Counted from the first letter of the stretch, positions 28,562 through 38,990 are shown. The stretch is DNA of 64,000 nucleotides from a virus (IMGVR_UViG_3300014205_000175:64001-128000), one strand, 5' to 3'. Program-made: numbers and translations. Notes: generated by a model from the sequence alone, not told the origin.

Positions 28562-29527
28562 GTGGCGATGACGATGAAGCTGTTGGGTTGTGGTGGTGCA
28601 GGGATTAATATCGTTAAAAAGTTCCTGGGTAAGTCTGGCGAAGGGTTTGCTGATCTCGATATCTGCATGCTCGATACGTCGCGTTCGAATATGCCTAAGG
28701 ATATCAACGAAGACAACATCTATCTCTTCGATGGTCTGGATGGTAGCGGGAAGCTGCGTGCGAGTAACTACTCAGTCATCAGTGAGCGGGCACGTGAGAT
28801 CGTGCAACGGGTCAAACCTGGTGATGTGACGGTGGTCGTGCATTCAGCCAGTGGTGGCAGTGGGAGCGTTTTAGCTCCAGTCCTGATCAGTGAGCTTCTG
28901 AAGCGCGAGGTGATGGTGATGGTCGTGGCGGTAGGTTCGTCTGACAGCCGCATCGAAGTCGAGAACACTATCAAGACGCTCAAGAGCTATGCGATCATCA
29001 GCCAGAAGAACGAACGGCCGATCAACATGATCTACGCTGAGAACACGCGCGAGATGGGTCGCGGGGCAGTCGACAAAGCGATCGAGACCAACATCATCCT
29101 CGCGTCGCTCTTTTTCTCTGGACAGAACCGTGAACTCGATAAGAGCGATCTACGCAACTTTCTCGACTATCACAAAGTAACGAGTTTTGCGCCGAAACTT
29201 ACGATGGTTGATTTCTGTAGCGGTGGCGTGTCATTGGAACGCGATCAAGCGCTCGTGAGTGCAGTGAGTCTGACCGATGAGAACGCATCGACGGCGATTG
29301 ATCAGCCGCTCGAATATCAGGCTACTGGCTTTATTACGACTGCTGTTAAAGAAGCAGTAAAAGTAGACATGCCTATTCATATGGTCACCGTTGCGAACTA
29401 CTTCGGTAATGTCATCGAACGCCTGGAAAAACAACTGCGTGTCATCGATGAAGCTCGTTCTGCTGTGATCGAAAAATCCATCGTGTCGAATCAGGAAAAC
29501 TACACCGATACTGGTTTGGTTCTCTAA
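28562..29527 (+). CDS. phuZ: Phage tubulin PhuZ
   Basis: GCGGAGINI, DTSRSN, GSGKLR, tubulin signature SASGGSGS, ELDKSD; promoter-like CATATTTAATATCTG at 28467. Confidence 0.93.
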   Translation: MAMTMKLLGCGGAGINIVKKFLGKSGEGFADLDICMLDTSRSNMPKDINEDNIYLFDGLDGSGKLRASNYSVISERAREIVQRVKPGDVTVVVHSASGGSGSVLAPVLISELLKREVMVMVVAVGSSDSRIEVENTIKTLKSYAIISQKNERPINMIYAENTREMGRGAVDKAIETNIILASLFFSGQNRELDKSDLRNFLDYHKVTSFAPKLTMVDFCSGGVSLERDQALVSAVSLTDENASTAIDQPLEYQATGFITTAVKEAVKVDMPIHMVTVANYFGNVIERLEKQLRVIDEARSAVIEKSIVSNQENYTDTGLVL

Positions 29528-29599
29528 GCGGCTAAGTCACGAGAGGGGACGTCTAGGGACGCCCCTTTTAAATAACGTGTTATACGGGAATAACTAATA

Positions 29600-29806
29600 A
29601 TGAACCTTCAATATCCAGACACACATACGAAGTTCCGCCACGGTGAACGTGTGAAGAAGACGAAGGGATCACAGTGGCATGGTACTGTGGTCGGATGGTA
29701 TAGCACTAGCCTTACCCCTGAGGGCTATGCCGTCGAGAGTGCCAGTGAGAAAGGTAGTGTGCAGATTTACCCGGCTACAGCGTTAGAGCTGTGGCCCACT
29801 AACTAA
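29600..29806 (+). CDS. dfrB: DfrB/R67-type (type II) dihydrofolate reductase homologue
   Basis: [36 protein letters not shown]...[12 protein letters not shown] aligns without gaps to the R67 SH3-like core, including the VQIY active-site motif. Confidence 0.88.
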   Translation: MNLQYPDTHTKFRHGERVKKTKGSQWHGTVVGWYSTSLTPEGYAVESASEKGSVQIYPATALELWPTN

Positions 29807-29848
29807 CGGTAGATTGTCGGGGGCTTTGGAGCCCTCGGTTTTTGAAAG

Positions 29849-30142
29849 GTGTTAATGATGACAGATACATCGGCAACCGTGTTCAACTTTCCTGTGCCTA
29901 CTCCGACTGTGCGCCCTTACCAGTTGGTTGCTACGAGTGAGCTACGCTATGCGTGGCGGCGTTCGTGCGATGTGCCGTGGTATTTAAGCTGGATGAAAAG
30001 CCACGAGAAAGTGTTGCAGCGAAAGTATCTTGAATGTCATGACAGCGACGCAGAACCTAATGCAGTGTGGATAGATATCCCGACAGTCGAAGAAGAACCG
30101 TCGATTATGCTAACGGCGTTAGGGTATCAACGTGAATGTTAG
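29849..30142 (+). CDS. Hypothetical protein
   Basis: About 95-aa ORF in operon; exact start uncertain. Confidence 0.55.
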   Translation: MLMMTDTSATVFNFPVPTPTVRPYQLVATSELRYAWRRSCDVPWYLSWMKSHEKVLQRKYLECHDSDAEPNAVWIDIPTVEEEPSIMLTALGYQREC

Positions 30143-30446
30143 TAGTTTGCATGAGCTGGTAACACGTGCACTGATGTTAGATCAAGCCGTACCTCGCTCT
30201 AGAGGTATAGGTGAAGTAGAATCATATATTTATAGCCACGCTGAACTCGACGATTACTATATCGGTCTACGATTACAGTCGGATGCATGGGAATTTAATA
30301 TCCTGGGCTATGGCTGTAAGTGTCTATACGGTTTACGCTATGAGCCGCAACGAGGATGGCTGACTACGGGTCATGCTCATCATGTACTCCCAGAATGGAA
30401 AAAGATTTTAGTGAACACTTTTGCTATCATAAAAGAGAATATGTGA
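30132..30446 (+). CDS. Hypothetical protein
   Basis: 104 aa, overlaps the upstream gene, followed by hairpin 30452-30493. Confidence 0.55.
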   Translation: MNVSSLHELVTRALMLDQAVPRSRGIGEVESYIYSHAELDDYYIGLRLQSDAWEFNILGYGCKCLYGLRYEPQRGWLTTGHAHHVLPEWKKILVNTFAIIKENM

Positions 30447-30590
30447 TGCCACCTCTAGCTCGCCTGCCTGTGAGGGTGGGGCGAGCTAGAGGGGTTGTGT
30501 GCCTTTGCGATAGTCGACACTATGGCTATCCTTCTTCCATAGTAAAAAACCTCGCTACGCTTCATCTAATGGCTTCTAGGGGTATTTAAC

Positions 30591-30977
30591 ATGAGATATT
30601 TAGAAACGTTTTACATGTTGGACATCCGTGACATCTGGGTGTACCTAGAGAACGAGCTTTTACCGATCTGCCGTAAGTATAATGCGCGACTCTCGTTCGA
30701 CATAGCTTGTGAAGCGGTGATCGCTGAGGCTCTACAGAGGGTAGGGATCAGTCTGACAGGTAAGCATTGTTTCGATAATATCTGTCGCTACGATGTAACC
30801 GAATGTGGCGACCCTGACCTAGAACCGATTAAATGGTGGGTAACTCAGCAGCTCCAGCGCGCTCTAACAGCGCATCAGGTTTGTTTGAGTTATGCCGAAC
30901 GCGTTAAATATCTCGCTAGCCGCACTGCTTTGGTGCTGGTGGTGGTGAGGGACATGGATAAAAGGGAGTTAGGGTAG
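30591..30977 (+). CDS. Hypothetical protein
   Basis: 128 aa, first of a tightly packed operon leading to the DNA polymerase. Confidence 0.6.
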   Translation: MRYLETFYMLDIRDIWVYLENELLPICRKYNARLSFDIACEAVIAEALQRVGISLTGKHCFDNICRYDVTECGDPDLEPIKWWVTQQLQRALTAHQVCLSYAERVKYLASRTALVLVVVRDMDKRELG

Positions 30978-30979
30978 AG

Positions 30980-31639
30980 ATGAAAAATACAGACACGGTA
31001 GATCTAAATGAGCTTTTGCAACCTACCGAGATGACTCTCATCGACATGCTACCTTATGTTGTCGAGTGGGATGATGATCCGTATCTGAACGCGTTGGTCG
31101 CACCTCCGGTCGGCATTTATCTGCCGGGCTCGGTTGAACCAGTCCTGCACTCAAACGGCAAATATTACCCGCAGTCGAAACTCGGTGAAGAAGCTCACCT
31201 CATCACCGATCTCACGCAGATCTATAACGTTACTGAACCGATCGTCGACAAGAACGGCATCGTCCTCACCACGCCCGATAAACTCAGACGTCTTAAGCGC
31301 TATATCACTACGCAGCCACAAGTGCCAGCGATGGCAATCAAAGTAGCTTGCAGTATCGCGATTGCCTTTATCAACAATCTATCCATCTATACGCGCAGCC
31401 CTCGTAACACCTATCACCTGAGTAGGCTCGTGTCGGATCAGCACTTTGATCTTATCGCGACCGAAGCCTACGAGAATCTGCTCGATGAGATGCTATTATC
31501 CCTAAACGCGTTCGTAGGTAAGGATCGACATCATATCTATTTTACGCGTCTCAAAGGTACGAGCTTGGTGGTAGAGAAGACGATCGACTTTCGCGTGTAT
31601 GACTGGTATCGCATGCAACAATCTAAGGATCATGATTAA
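30980..31639 (+). CDS. Conserved hypothetical protein of phiKZ-like phages
   Basis: 219 aa; C-terminal DFRVYDW; operon context. Confidence 0.6.
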   Translation: MKNTDTVDLNELLQPTEMTLIDMLPYVVEWDDDPYLNALVAPPVGIYLPGSVEPVLHSNGKYYPQSKLGEEAHLITDLTQIYNVTEPIVDKNGIVLTTPDKLRRLKRYITTQPQVPAMAIKVACSIAIAFINNLSIYTRSPRNTYHLSRLVSDQHFDLIATEAYENLLDEMLLSLNAFVGKDRHHIYFTRLKGTSLVVEKTIDFRVYDWYRMQQSKDHD

Positions 31640-31985
31640 ACTGCTGCCGTACAAGCCCATGTATGTGGTGTTGGATGTTTCTCGGTTCATCGACTGGAAG
31701 TACCGTTTCAGAGTAGAGGAAGAAACCCTTGCAGAGATGCTCAAGATGATTCTCTATAGCTATCCGTTCGGGATATTCGCGGACGGCATCTGGGAGCTAC
31801 TCGAAACGGCGATGGATTTTGACCACATGTCCGATGTCCATCTACAGAACTTAGATATAGCCATTGAAGAACTATGTTTCGATGTTGATGCGTATATCCG
31901 TGTGATGTTAGGTGGTGTGGCGGACGAGTATCGTTATTATCAATGGCTTAACCCTTGGTCAGTAGTACTGAAGAGGAACATCTAA
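31632..31985 (+). CDS. Hypothetical protein, paralogue of the next gene
   Basis: Likely start MIKLLP at 31632; VVLDVSRF...GIWELLE...IEELC.DVDAYIR...YRYYQWLNPW. Confidence 0.6.
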   Translation: MIKLLPYKPMYVVLDVSRFIDWKYRFRVEEETLAEMLKMILYSYPFGIFADGIWELLETAMDFDHMSDVHLQNLDIAIEELCFDVDAYIRVMLGGVADEYRYYQWLNPWSVVLKRNI

Positions 31986-32323
31986 TGCATTTGCCATTGC
32001 ATATAGTGCTCGATGCTTCCCAGTTTGAACCATATCGCCGGCGGTTAGAGGTGAGTGAGGCGATCTTCGAACGGGTACTAGAAATGCTACTGGACACTCA
32101 TGCGGAAGGCATGTATACGAGCGGAGTGTGGGAGATCATCGAAGCTGAGATAGACATCGGACGGATGTCTCATATACAGATGCGCAATACTAACGCTGAC
32201 ATCTCGGAGTTATGTAAGGATCTGGATACGTACATTAAAAATATCCTAGGTGCTGCATCAAGTGAATACAGGTACTACAATTGGCTCAGTCCTTGGGCGG
32301 CGGTATTTAAAAGGAAGATTTGA
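31985..32323 (+). CDS. Hypothetical protein, tandem paralogue
   Basis: TAATG overlap; IVLDASQF...GVWEIIE...ISELCKDLDTYIK...YRYYNWLSPW. Confidence 0.6.
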   Translation: MHLPLHIVLDASQFEPYRRRLEVSEAIFERVLEMLLDTHAEGMYTSGVWEIIEAEIDIGRMSHIQMRNTNADISELCKDLDTYIKNILGAASSEYRYYNWLSPWAAVFKRKI

Positions 32324-32754
32324 TGTGCGACAAACAAACAGAACCGCAGTATAAGAAAGTCATCATTCCGTTGAGTTATGACATACACTCACTGCTTTGT
32401 TATACTATCAATCGCATGAGTGTATGTCTAGAGCCGGGAATGATCGACAACTTCCCCACTTTACTACTGGAGGTAGCTAAAGATCCGATCGCAGGTATGG
32501 TGCAGCTCTATACTGATCTGCGTGCATATGTGGATGAAGGCTTACTCGCGACATTCGTCGAAGATTCACATCTAGTAACCGAAGAGGATATCTTTCGTCG
32601 GGCTGGAATGGAGATAGGTGAAGTAGTAGATGAGATTTTGGCCATTTTCAAAGGCTGTGAAGACGATATCCAACACTATAACCGTGCACAGTACATCACC
32701 CGTGGTATTGTTTTACTCTCCGTTAACAACTTAGAGGATGCTGATCTCGTATGA
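32320..32754 (+). CDS. Hypothetical protein
   Basis: 144 aa, overlapping stop and start with both neighbours. Confidence 0.55.
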   Translation: MMCDKQTEPQYKKVIIPLSYDIHSLLCYTINRMSVCLEPGMIDNFPTLLLEVAKDPIAGMVQLYTDLRAYVDEGLLATFVEDSHLVTEEDIFRRAGMEIGEVVDEILAIFKGCEDDIQHYNRAQYITRGIVLLSVNNLEDADLV

Positions 32755-33218
32755 CTGAAAACCCAATACAGTATAGCAGAGCAGTGATGGATGGCACCGA
32801 TCTGTGGCAGGCTTACTGTAGAGGTGTTTACACTGACTCTGCTTTATCGCGTTACATCCAGTCGCGCCCCGATAGTCAATACGTGCTTAACGCTATCTAC
32901 ACGGAATTGCTCCATCAGGTGGTATATATGCGTGACGATGACTTTCCTATTTATATGGTCAATGTTTCCGCTGGTCCTAACCTCGATAGACTGGTAGAGC
33001 TACAGCATCACCGTGATGATGCGGTTATGGTTAGTGCCGTTGGTAGCATATTCAAAGAACTAGCGGTACTGATGTGGTTTAAGCTGATGCAGGTGCAAGC
33101 GATTAATCCTGAATGCATCATCATCATCGAACAAAACACTGCCGACTATTTCGTTATGGGGATTCATCGCACTGTGTTAATTGATCACTGGAGATCGACG
33201 TGCTCTTCGAGTTGCTAA
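32751..33218 (+). CDS. Hypothetical protein
   Basis: 155 aa, ATGA overlap. Confidence 0.6.
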   Translation: MTENPIQYSRAVMDGTDLWQAYCRGVYTDSALSRYIQSRPDSQYVLNAIYTELLHQVVYMRDDDFPIYMVNVSAGPNLDRLVELQHHRDDAVMVSAVGSIFKELAVLMWFKLMQVQAINPECIIIIEQNTADYFVMGIHRTVLIDHWRSTCSSSC

Positions 33219-33595
33219 ATAGGTATAACTTCACCACCTACGCACCGGCTGTCTTCGGCGGTAGTTTCAAAAGAGCCAAAGTAATCGGCATCGTTGATTA
33301 CGAAACTGCCAAGAAATATGCCAACGTGGATCTGGTGCAGCGTCAGGTGTTTGCACTACTACCACCGGGTACGCCGGATCGTATTTCCAAATACATGTTC
33401 GTGCTCATCGAGCTGCCCGGTGGTATCAAGAACGTACTGGCCTATCCGTGGATCATCGCTACTACCATCATCAAAGTCGAAGCTACCAATCTCGTGATCT
33501 CGGTAACCGATGTTGATGATACTGACATGGCTAAAATCCGCGATGTGCTCAATACAATGGGGTATACCTTCAATATTCAAACAATCGACGTATAA
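33200..33595 (+). CDS. Conserved phiKZ-like protein preceding the DNA polymerase
   Basis: 131 aa, GGAG RBS; YNFTTYAPAVFG motif. Confidence 0.6.
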   Translation: MLFELLNRYNFTTYAPAVFGGSFKRAKVIGIVDYETAKKYANVDLVQRQVFALLPPGTPDRISKYMFVLIELPGGIKNVLAYPWIIATTIIKVEATNLVISVTDVDDTDMAKIRDVLNTMGYTFNIQTIDV

Positions 33596-33772
33596 TCGCT
33601 GGTGGCAGTGTTCAGACATAGTCACAACGTCCCCCTGTTCGCCAGCGCCCACGGAGTTCCATGCTGTCTCCTTGCTCGGTCCTAGACCGTTTACGCCCAC
33701 TACCTGTCTTCGCCGACAGGTAGTGGGTATTTTTTTCAGTACTGTGCCATCTAGTGATACGAGGAGCCACTG

Positions 33773-35899
33773 ATGTCTGATGACAGATTATTTCTGCAAG
33801 ACCCTAATTACTACCAGCGCGACATCAACCCACTAGGCCATTATATCGAGCAAACTGCTCTATACATCAGCCGCATGACTGGAGATGATCTAGAAACGTG
33901 TAAGCGCTGGGTAGGTGAGAAATTACAAGCCAAAGAACTACCCGGTATGATCGACCCAAAAGTCGAGTACTACGAGCGTAACGACGAAGGCGATAAGACC
34001 AAAGAGTCAACGACGCTGTCGAAGTATATCTACTCAGCTATCGCGAACGATCTCATCGTCGCGCCGACTTTCACGTGCTACACCAGCCCGAAAAAAGCGC
34101 GTTCGATGCTAGCGGGTTTCGTCGATGGTAATGTCAAGCGTCGCGGAGTGGCGAAAAAAGAAGCATTCGTGGCTAAGACTGCCGGCAATAGTGTTCGCTT
34201 CATTATGAAAAATAATGAACAAAACAACATGAAGCTCTATAACAACAGTCTCTCAGGAGCTTTCGGTACCAAGGGCTCTGTACTCTATAACCCGACTGCG
34301 CACAGCACTCTTACTTCGACGATCCGTTCGGTAAGTTCCTATGGCAATGCTTCGAACGAACGCATTATCATGGGTAATCGCCACTACTACCATGTCGATA
34401 TCGTACTCTATAACCTTATCTCTTGTAGTCAGCTTACCGATGTAGCCGAGATGCGTAACGCCATCGTACTCTACGGCTTACATATCCCGAGCGTAGCTGA
34501 TGTAATCGACTGTATCAGCTATTCGAGTCAGTTCTATTGGCGGGACCCCAAGGCGTTACAGTCTCTCGTGTCGTATGTAGACAAGATGACTGACATCGAA
34601 CGTGCGAGTTTTGTTTATACGGGAGATTTATATCACATTCGTAAACATAACCCTGAGTTCATGCGGGGCTGGATCGATGAGATCAGTCGTAAATGCACCG
34701 AGGAGATCCCTGATGCACTGAGTATCGTCGAGACGATTGATGAGCAGATCATGAACTACACGCACCAGATCTGTTTCAATGAAGTCAAGGGACTGGGTAA
34801 GAAATACGCACTGATGGCAGAAAAAGGAGTGCTCAACACGGTGGTAGCGACGGCACTGAATATCACTGCAGTGTTGCGTAAGTACCAGCCCTTTATCCGT
34901 ACGTTCTTTTTATCGCGACTAATACCAGCTAGTCACGCGTACATCCCGAACATGATGCGTCGTTCGGTGGTGCTGAGTGATACGGACTCGACGTGTTTCT
35001 CGGTCGATGATTGGATGCTGTGGTATTTCGGTGGCGTGGAGATCACTGAGCGCACCTATGCGGTGTGTGGTGCAGTGGCATTCATGGCCAATCAGTCTAT
35101 TGCTCACGCCTTAGCGATACTCTCGGCTAACATCAACGTTGTGCGTGAGAAGCTGCATGCATTAGCGATGAAAAACGAGTTTCTGTGGTCAGCACACATG
35201 CCTACTAACGTCGCCAAGCATTATGCAGCGTGGACGGTGATGCAAGAAGGTAACGTTTTTGAAGAAGCCGAGATAGAAATCAAAGGCGTGCATTTGAAAA
35301 ATAGCGCTTCGCCTCCTGCACTGATCAAAAAAGCACACCTGATGATCGAGGATATCCTCACCACCATCAACAGTAACCAACAGCTCGATCTCGCGCATTA
35401 CGTAGCTGAAGTACAAGCGATCGAGCGCGACATCATCGAATCCATCAGTCGAGGAGAAACTAGATATCTGAAGACCTCCAAAATCAAGGACGCGGAAGCC
35501 TATGCGTTGGAAGCCGAGGAGTCGCCATATCAGCATTACACAATGTGGCGCGAAGTGATGGAGCCTAAATATGGTGTGATCGATCCGCCACCTTATAGCG
35601 TGGTCAAAGTACCGACGACCTTGGGTAACCGCACAAAGCTCAAAGCATGGGTTGAAAGTATCGAGGACGTGGAGCTACGCGGACGGCTGGCACGCTGGAT
35701 AGAGCGGATGGGTAAAACTTCTCTCAACACTTTATACATGTCGATCCCCTACGTTAATAGTTTCGGCATGCCTACTGAGATACTGCGTGCTGCCGATAGT
35801 CGTAAAGTGGTACTCGATCTGACATTGGTGTTTCGGATCATACTAGAGTCGTTAGGGTTCTTTGTTAAAGATGGTTGGTTGATACTCGATTACAAATAA
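33773..35899 (+). CDS. Family B DNA polymerase, polymerase-domain subunit (phiKZ gp50-like split enzyme)
   Basis: Motif B KLYNNSLSGAF, motif C SDTDST, KHYAA and EIKGVHLK; no N-terminal exonuclease domain. Confidence 0.88.
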   Translation: MSDDRLFLQDPNYYQRDINPLGHYIEQTALYISRMTGDDLETCKRWVGEKLQAKELPGMIDPKVEYYERNDEGDKTKESTTLSKYIYSAIANDLIVAPTFTCYTSPKKARSMLAGFVDGNVKRRGVAKKEAFVAKTAGNSVRFIMKNNEQNNMKLYNNSLSGAFGTKGSVLYNPTAHSTLTSTIRSVSSYGNASNERIIMGNRHYYHVDIVLYNLISCSQLTDVAEMRNAIVLYGLHIPSVADVIDCISYSSQFYWRDPKALQSLVSYVDKMTDIERASFVYTGDLYHIRKHNPEFMRGWIDEISRKCTEEIPDALSIVETIDEQIMNYTHQICFNEVKGLGKKYALMAEKGVLNTVVATALNITAVLRKYQPFIRTFFLSRLIPASHAYIPNMMRRSVVLSDTDSTCFSVDDWMLWYFGGVEITERTYAVCGAVAFMANQSIAHALAILSANINVVREKLHALAMKNEFLWSAHMPTNVAKHYAAWTVMQEGNVFEEAEIEIKGVHLKNSASPPALIKKAHLMIEDILTTINSNQQLDLAHYVAEVQAIERDIIESISRGETRYLKTSKIKDAEAYALEAEESPYQHYTMWREVMEPKYGVIDPPPYSVVKVPTTLGNRTKLKAWVESIEDVELRGRLARWIERMGKTSLNTLYMSIPYVNSFGMPTEILRAADSRKVVLDLTLVFRIILESLGFFVKDGWLILDYK

Positions 35900-35956
35900 C
35901 CTGCTACTCTCACCTGCCTTCCATAGCGGAGGCAGGTGAGAGGGTAATCTATTTTT

Positions 35957-38041
35957 TTAGTATTCGGAGAAATCGGTTACTCTTCCTCGCATGTCAATCG
36001 GAATTTTACTAAGTGATATGTCGTATTGAGTAATACCACTGGTTTTTATGACCAGTCCTACCGTACGCAGCGATGCTGACGGATTACCACTATATGAAAT
36101 CAATTCCATCCAGATGAAATTAGTCATATTGGCACCCGTCAAAGGACCCAAAGCTGCAGGACCATCAGCGGACATTTTGATCAGAACTTGGTCTTTCAGC
36201 GTGTCGAATGTACAGTATCCAGCCATGTATAGCACATTGTTAGGAGCCAAGATTAAATCTGCGACCGCGCCGAGTTTACTGTAAGTATTAACACTGCCAT
36301 CTCCATCAAACTTATACCCCCACAAAGGAGTGCCAGCAGATGTAAATTTAACAATATCTCCAGTGCCCGAAGCAGCATAGATATTACCAGTTGCATCGGT
36401 AGCAAGAGTTTCGAAATTCATCCATGTGGTTATGCCAGTCTTCCATATGAGGTTACCACTAGTATCCCAGCGAGATATAAATGGTTCCGGAGTACCTTCA
36501 ACTCCTCCCCCAACATAGATATTGTCAGAACTATCTACGACTAAAGAGTTGAAAGTTAGTTTAGATGACAACTGAGTACAATACAGCGAGCGTTCCCAAA
36601 CTGTAGCTCCGGCAGAATCGCATTTAATCAAGTATCCAAATTCATCGCCGCTGCCGTCTGTATAATGTCCTGCAGCGTAAACGTTACCTTGACTGTCCGT
36701 AGCCACCCCTTCGAAAGTCGCAGATAACGTATTTCCGACGGTGTTCCTGAACCTAGCCCAGACTACACTGCCACTAGTGGTGTAACGAATAATGGAAAAA
36801 TCCAATCCCGCTACATAAATGTTATCAGCACTATCGATGTAGATAGCGGTCAGCGCAGAATGAATACTCAACGGAGTATAGTTTATGTATTTACCCCATA
36901 CCACTAGACCATCAGAGTTCAGTTTAAGAATAAGCGGATACTTCTGACTACCGCCAGCACTATCTGCGCGATACCCTACTACGTATAGATCACCGGAACT
37001 ATCTAGCGCAATATCGTAGAATTGAGTATTGGCAGCAAACGCGTACTCCCAGACCAGAGTCCCGTCGGGATTATATTTCGCGATATAGGCCTCGTAGATA
37101 GTTGCAACAGCATGATTTTGTCTACCGACAATGTAGATATGACCTGTCGCAGAATCCATCGTCAATGCTGCAATAAACGGCAGTATTGACGACGATGCTG
37201 GCTTCATGTGTTTTAACACCCACCCTTGAGAATGATGGGTAGTGAATGCTACTGTAGCAGACCAGCTAGACCAACCACCCAGTACGCTGTGATGTCGGAC
37301 ACGTGCGTAGTATTGCGTGCTTTCCGTGAGTGCTGTGGTAGGCATCCATTCGGTGAGATTAGCACTGCCTTCGTAAAACTGTACACCGGAGGTGAAATCG
37401 TTACTAGTGGAAATTTCCCATCGTACCTGATCCTGACTCTGTGAGATACCCAGATAGTCAAACGCTGATGATTTGAGTGTAGGATATTCTGACACCTGAG
37501 TGCCGTTTTGTTCAGGTGTGATGATGCTAGGCGTCGCTACACCGGCTTCGAGAACAGTGATAGTGAAAGTCGTATCATCTACCGTAAAGCCGCCATTGGT
37601 GGTTGACGCAGGTGTATAAGTGATCGTAGCACCTGAACGTGTAACCGTGCCATTGGTCGTACTGACAGCATAAGTGTCAAACACATTGTAACCGGTCAGC
37701 ACATAGACGGTGGGTTCATTAAGATAGGTTGCGATCGGTCCTGCCAGCGTTACGCCGCCTTCAGTGATCTCAGTTGGTAATGCACTCACAGGTACTTTCG
37801 CTGTACCGTCAAGTAGTGCCAATGCATTAGCTCCACCGGGCAAGTTAGCTAACGGAATCTTGACTCCAGCATCGAGCTTTACAACTCCATTGGCAACACC
37901 CAGCATGCTACGCGGAATCCAACCCATGCTGGCAGCGGCAGTCGCAGCGGTGGTAGCACCAGTGCCACCGAGGATCATCGGCAGGATGCCGGTTAGACCG
38001 ATATCGTTATAAATAGCCGGATCAAATAAAACTCTAGCCAT
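35957..38041 (-). CDS. Tail-fibre/receptor-binding-like protein with FN3-like domain and beta-propeller repeats
   Basis: Start MARVLF at 38041 (AAGGAG); GGTGATTAATA fibre motif; YYARVRHHSVLGGWSSWS; repeated DSSGNIYVAG...KxxxxGxxVW blades. Confidence 0.65.
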   Translation of the reverse strand: MARVLFDPAIYNDIGLTGILPMILGGTGATTAATAAASMGWIPRSMLGVANGVVKLDAGVKIPLANLPGGANALALLDGTAKVPVSALPTEITEGGVTLAGPIATYLNEPTVYVLTGYNVFDTYAVSTTNGTVTRSGATITYTPASTTNGGFTVDDTTFTITVLEAGVATPSIITPEQNGTQVSEYPTLKSSAFDYLGISQSQDQVRWEISTSNDFTSGVQFYEGSANLTEWMPTTALTESTQYYARVRHHSVLGGWSSWSATVAFTTHHSQGWVLKHMKPASSSILPFIAALTMDSATGHIYIVGRQNHAVATIYEAYIAKYNPDGTLVWEYAFAANTQFYDIALDSSGDLYVVGYRADSAGGSQKYPLILKLNSDGLVVWGKYINYTPLSIHSALTAIYIDSADNIYVAGLDFSIIRYTTSGSVVWARFRNTVGNTLSATFEGVATDSQGNVYAAGHYTDGSGDEFGYLIKCDSAGATVWERSLYCTQLSSKLTFNSLVVDSSDNIYVGGGVEGTPEPFISRWDTSGNLIWKTGITTWMNFETLATDATGNIYAASGTGDIVKFTSAGTPLWGYKFDGDGSVNTYSKLGAVADLILAPNNVLYMAGYCTFDTLKDQVLIKMSADGPAALGPLTGANMTNFIWMELISYSGNPSASLRTVGLVIKTSGITQYDISLSKIPIDMRGRVTDFSEY

Positions 38042-38108
38042 TACGTTACTCCTTGTGAAATTCAATTGTCCCATCAGATGAGTTAAATTTTACACCGAGG
38101 ATACCAGC

Positions 38109-38927
38109 ATGAATCCGATTGCCAAAGCCCTAGACAATATCAAATACACGATTCCGATCGCGATCCTCAAAGAAGCTTTCACCGATTCTCATAGCCGCTG
38201 GCGTAACCCTAATTTAAGTATTGATGATTGCATAGCCACTAAAGTCATCCGTCCGCGAGTACTGCTAGATTGTAATCTTGTTGGCGGCACTACTGTCAAT
38301 ATCTCGCTAGACGGCATCGCACCGGAGATCGTTGATCAGTTCACGACCATTTACAGCATACCGCCCGATCGTACCGCTGGTAAAACTATCCTCTCGGTGC
38401 TATCTTTAGGCTACATGCCGTATCAAGCTAACTTCAACATGATGTCGGGCAACCTTGCTTACGCAACCCCGACTTCGATGAATTCAGTTACTCAAGCAGC
38501 TCAGCGTATTGGTGACTCGTACTCAGCGATGCCAGTGCTAGCTAACGCCCAAACTGAACTCGTTGGTCATAACGTCATTATGGTCAGGGAACAGCACAAA
38601 ATCTCTTCGACCTATTACATACGTTGCATCCTCGCTAACTCGGATAACATGGGTAATATCTCACCGCGTTCGATTCTGGCGTTCGCTAAACTGTGTGAAC
38701 TAGCGGTCAAATCCTACATCTACAATCAACTCATCATCCGAATCGATCAGTCGTTCTTGCAAGGCGGTCAAGAGCTCGGTGCATTTAAGAACATCGTCGA
38801 GAGCTATGCTGATGCTGAGGAGATGTATAATACGCACCTACGTGAAGTATGGCAGGCTACCGCATTTATGAATGATAGCATATCGTACGACCGTTTCCTA
38901 CGTTTACAAGTCTCACCTGGCATTTAA
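38109..38927 (+). CDS. Conserved phiKZ-like protein (probable virion protein)
   Basis: 272 aa, GAGG RBS, long terminator 38933-38973; lies between the two fibre paralogues. Confidence 0.6.
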   Translation: MNPIAKALDNIKYTIPIAILKEAFTDSHSRWRNPNLSIDDCIATKVIRPRVLLDCNLVGGTTVNISLDGIAPEIVDQFTTIYSIPPDRTAGKTILSVLSLGYMPYQANFNMMSGNLAYATPTSMNSVTQAAQRIGDSYSAMPVLANAQTELVGHNVIMVREQHKISSTYYIRCILANSDNMGNISPRSILAFAKLCELAVKSYIYNQLIIRIDQSFLQGGQELGAFKNIVESYADAEEMYNTHLREVWQATAFMNDSISYDRFLRLQVSPGI

Positions 38928-38990
38928 TGAATCGATACCCACACACCTTCCTTTAGGAGGTGTGTGGGTATCGTATAATTTTATTTTCAC

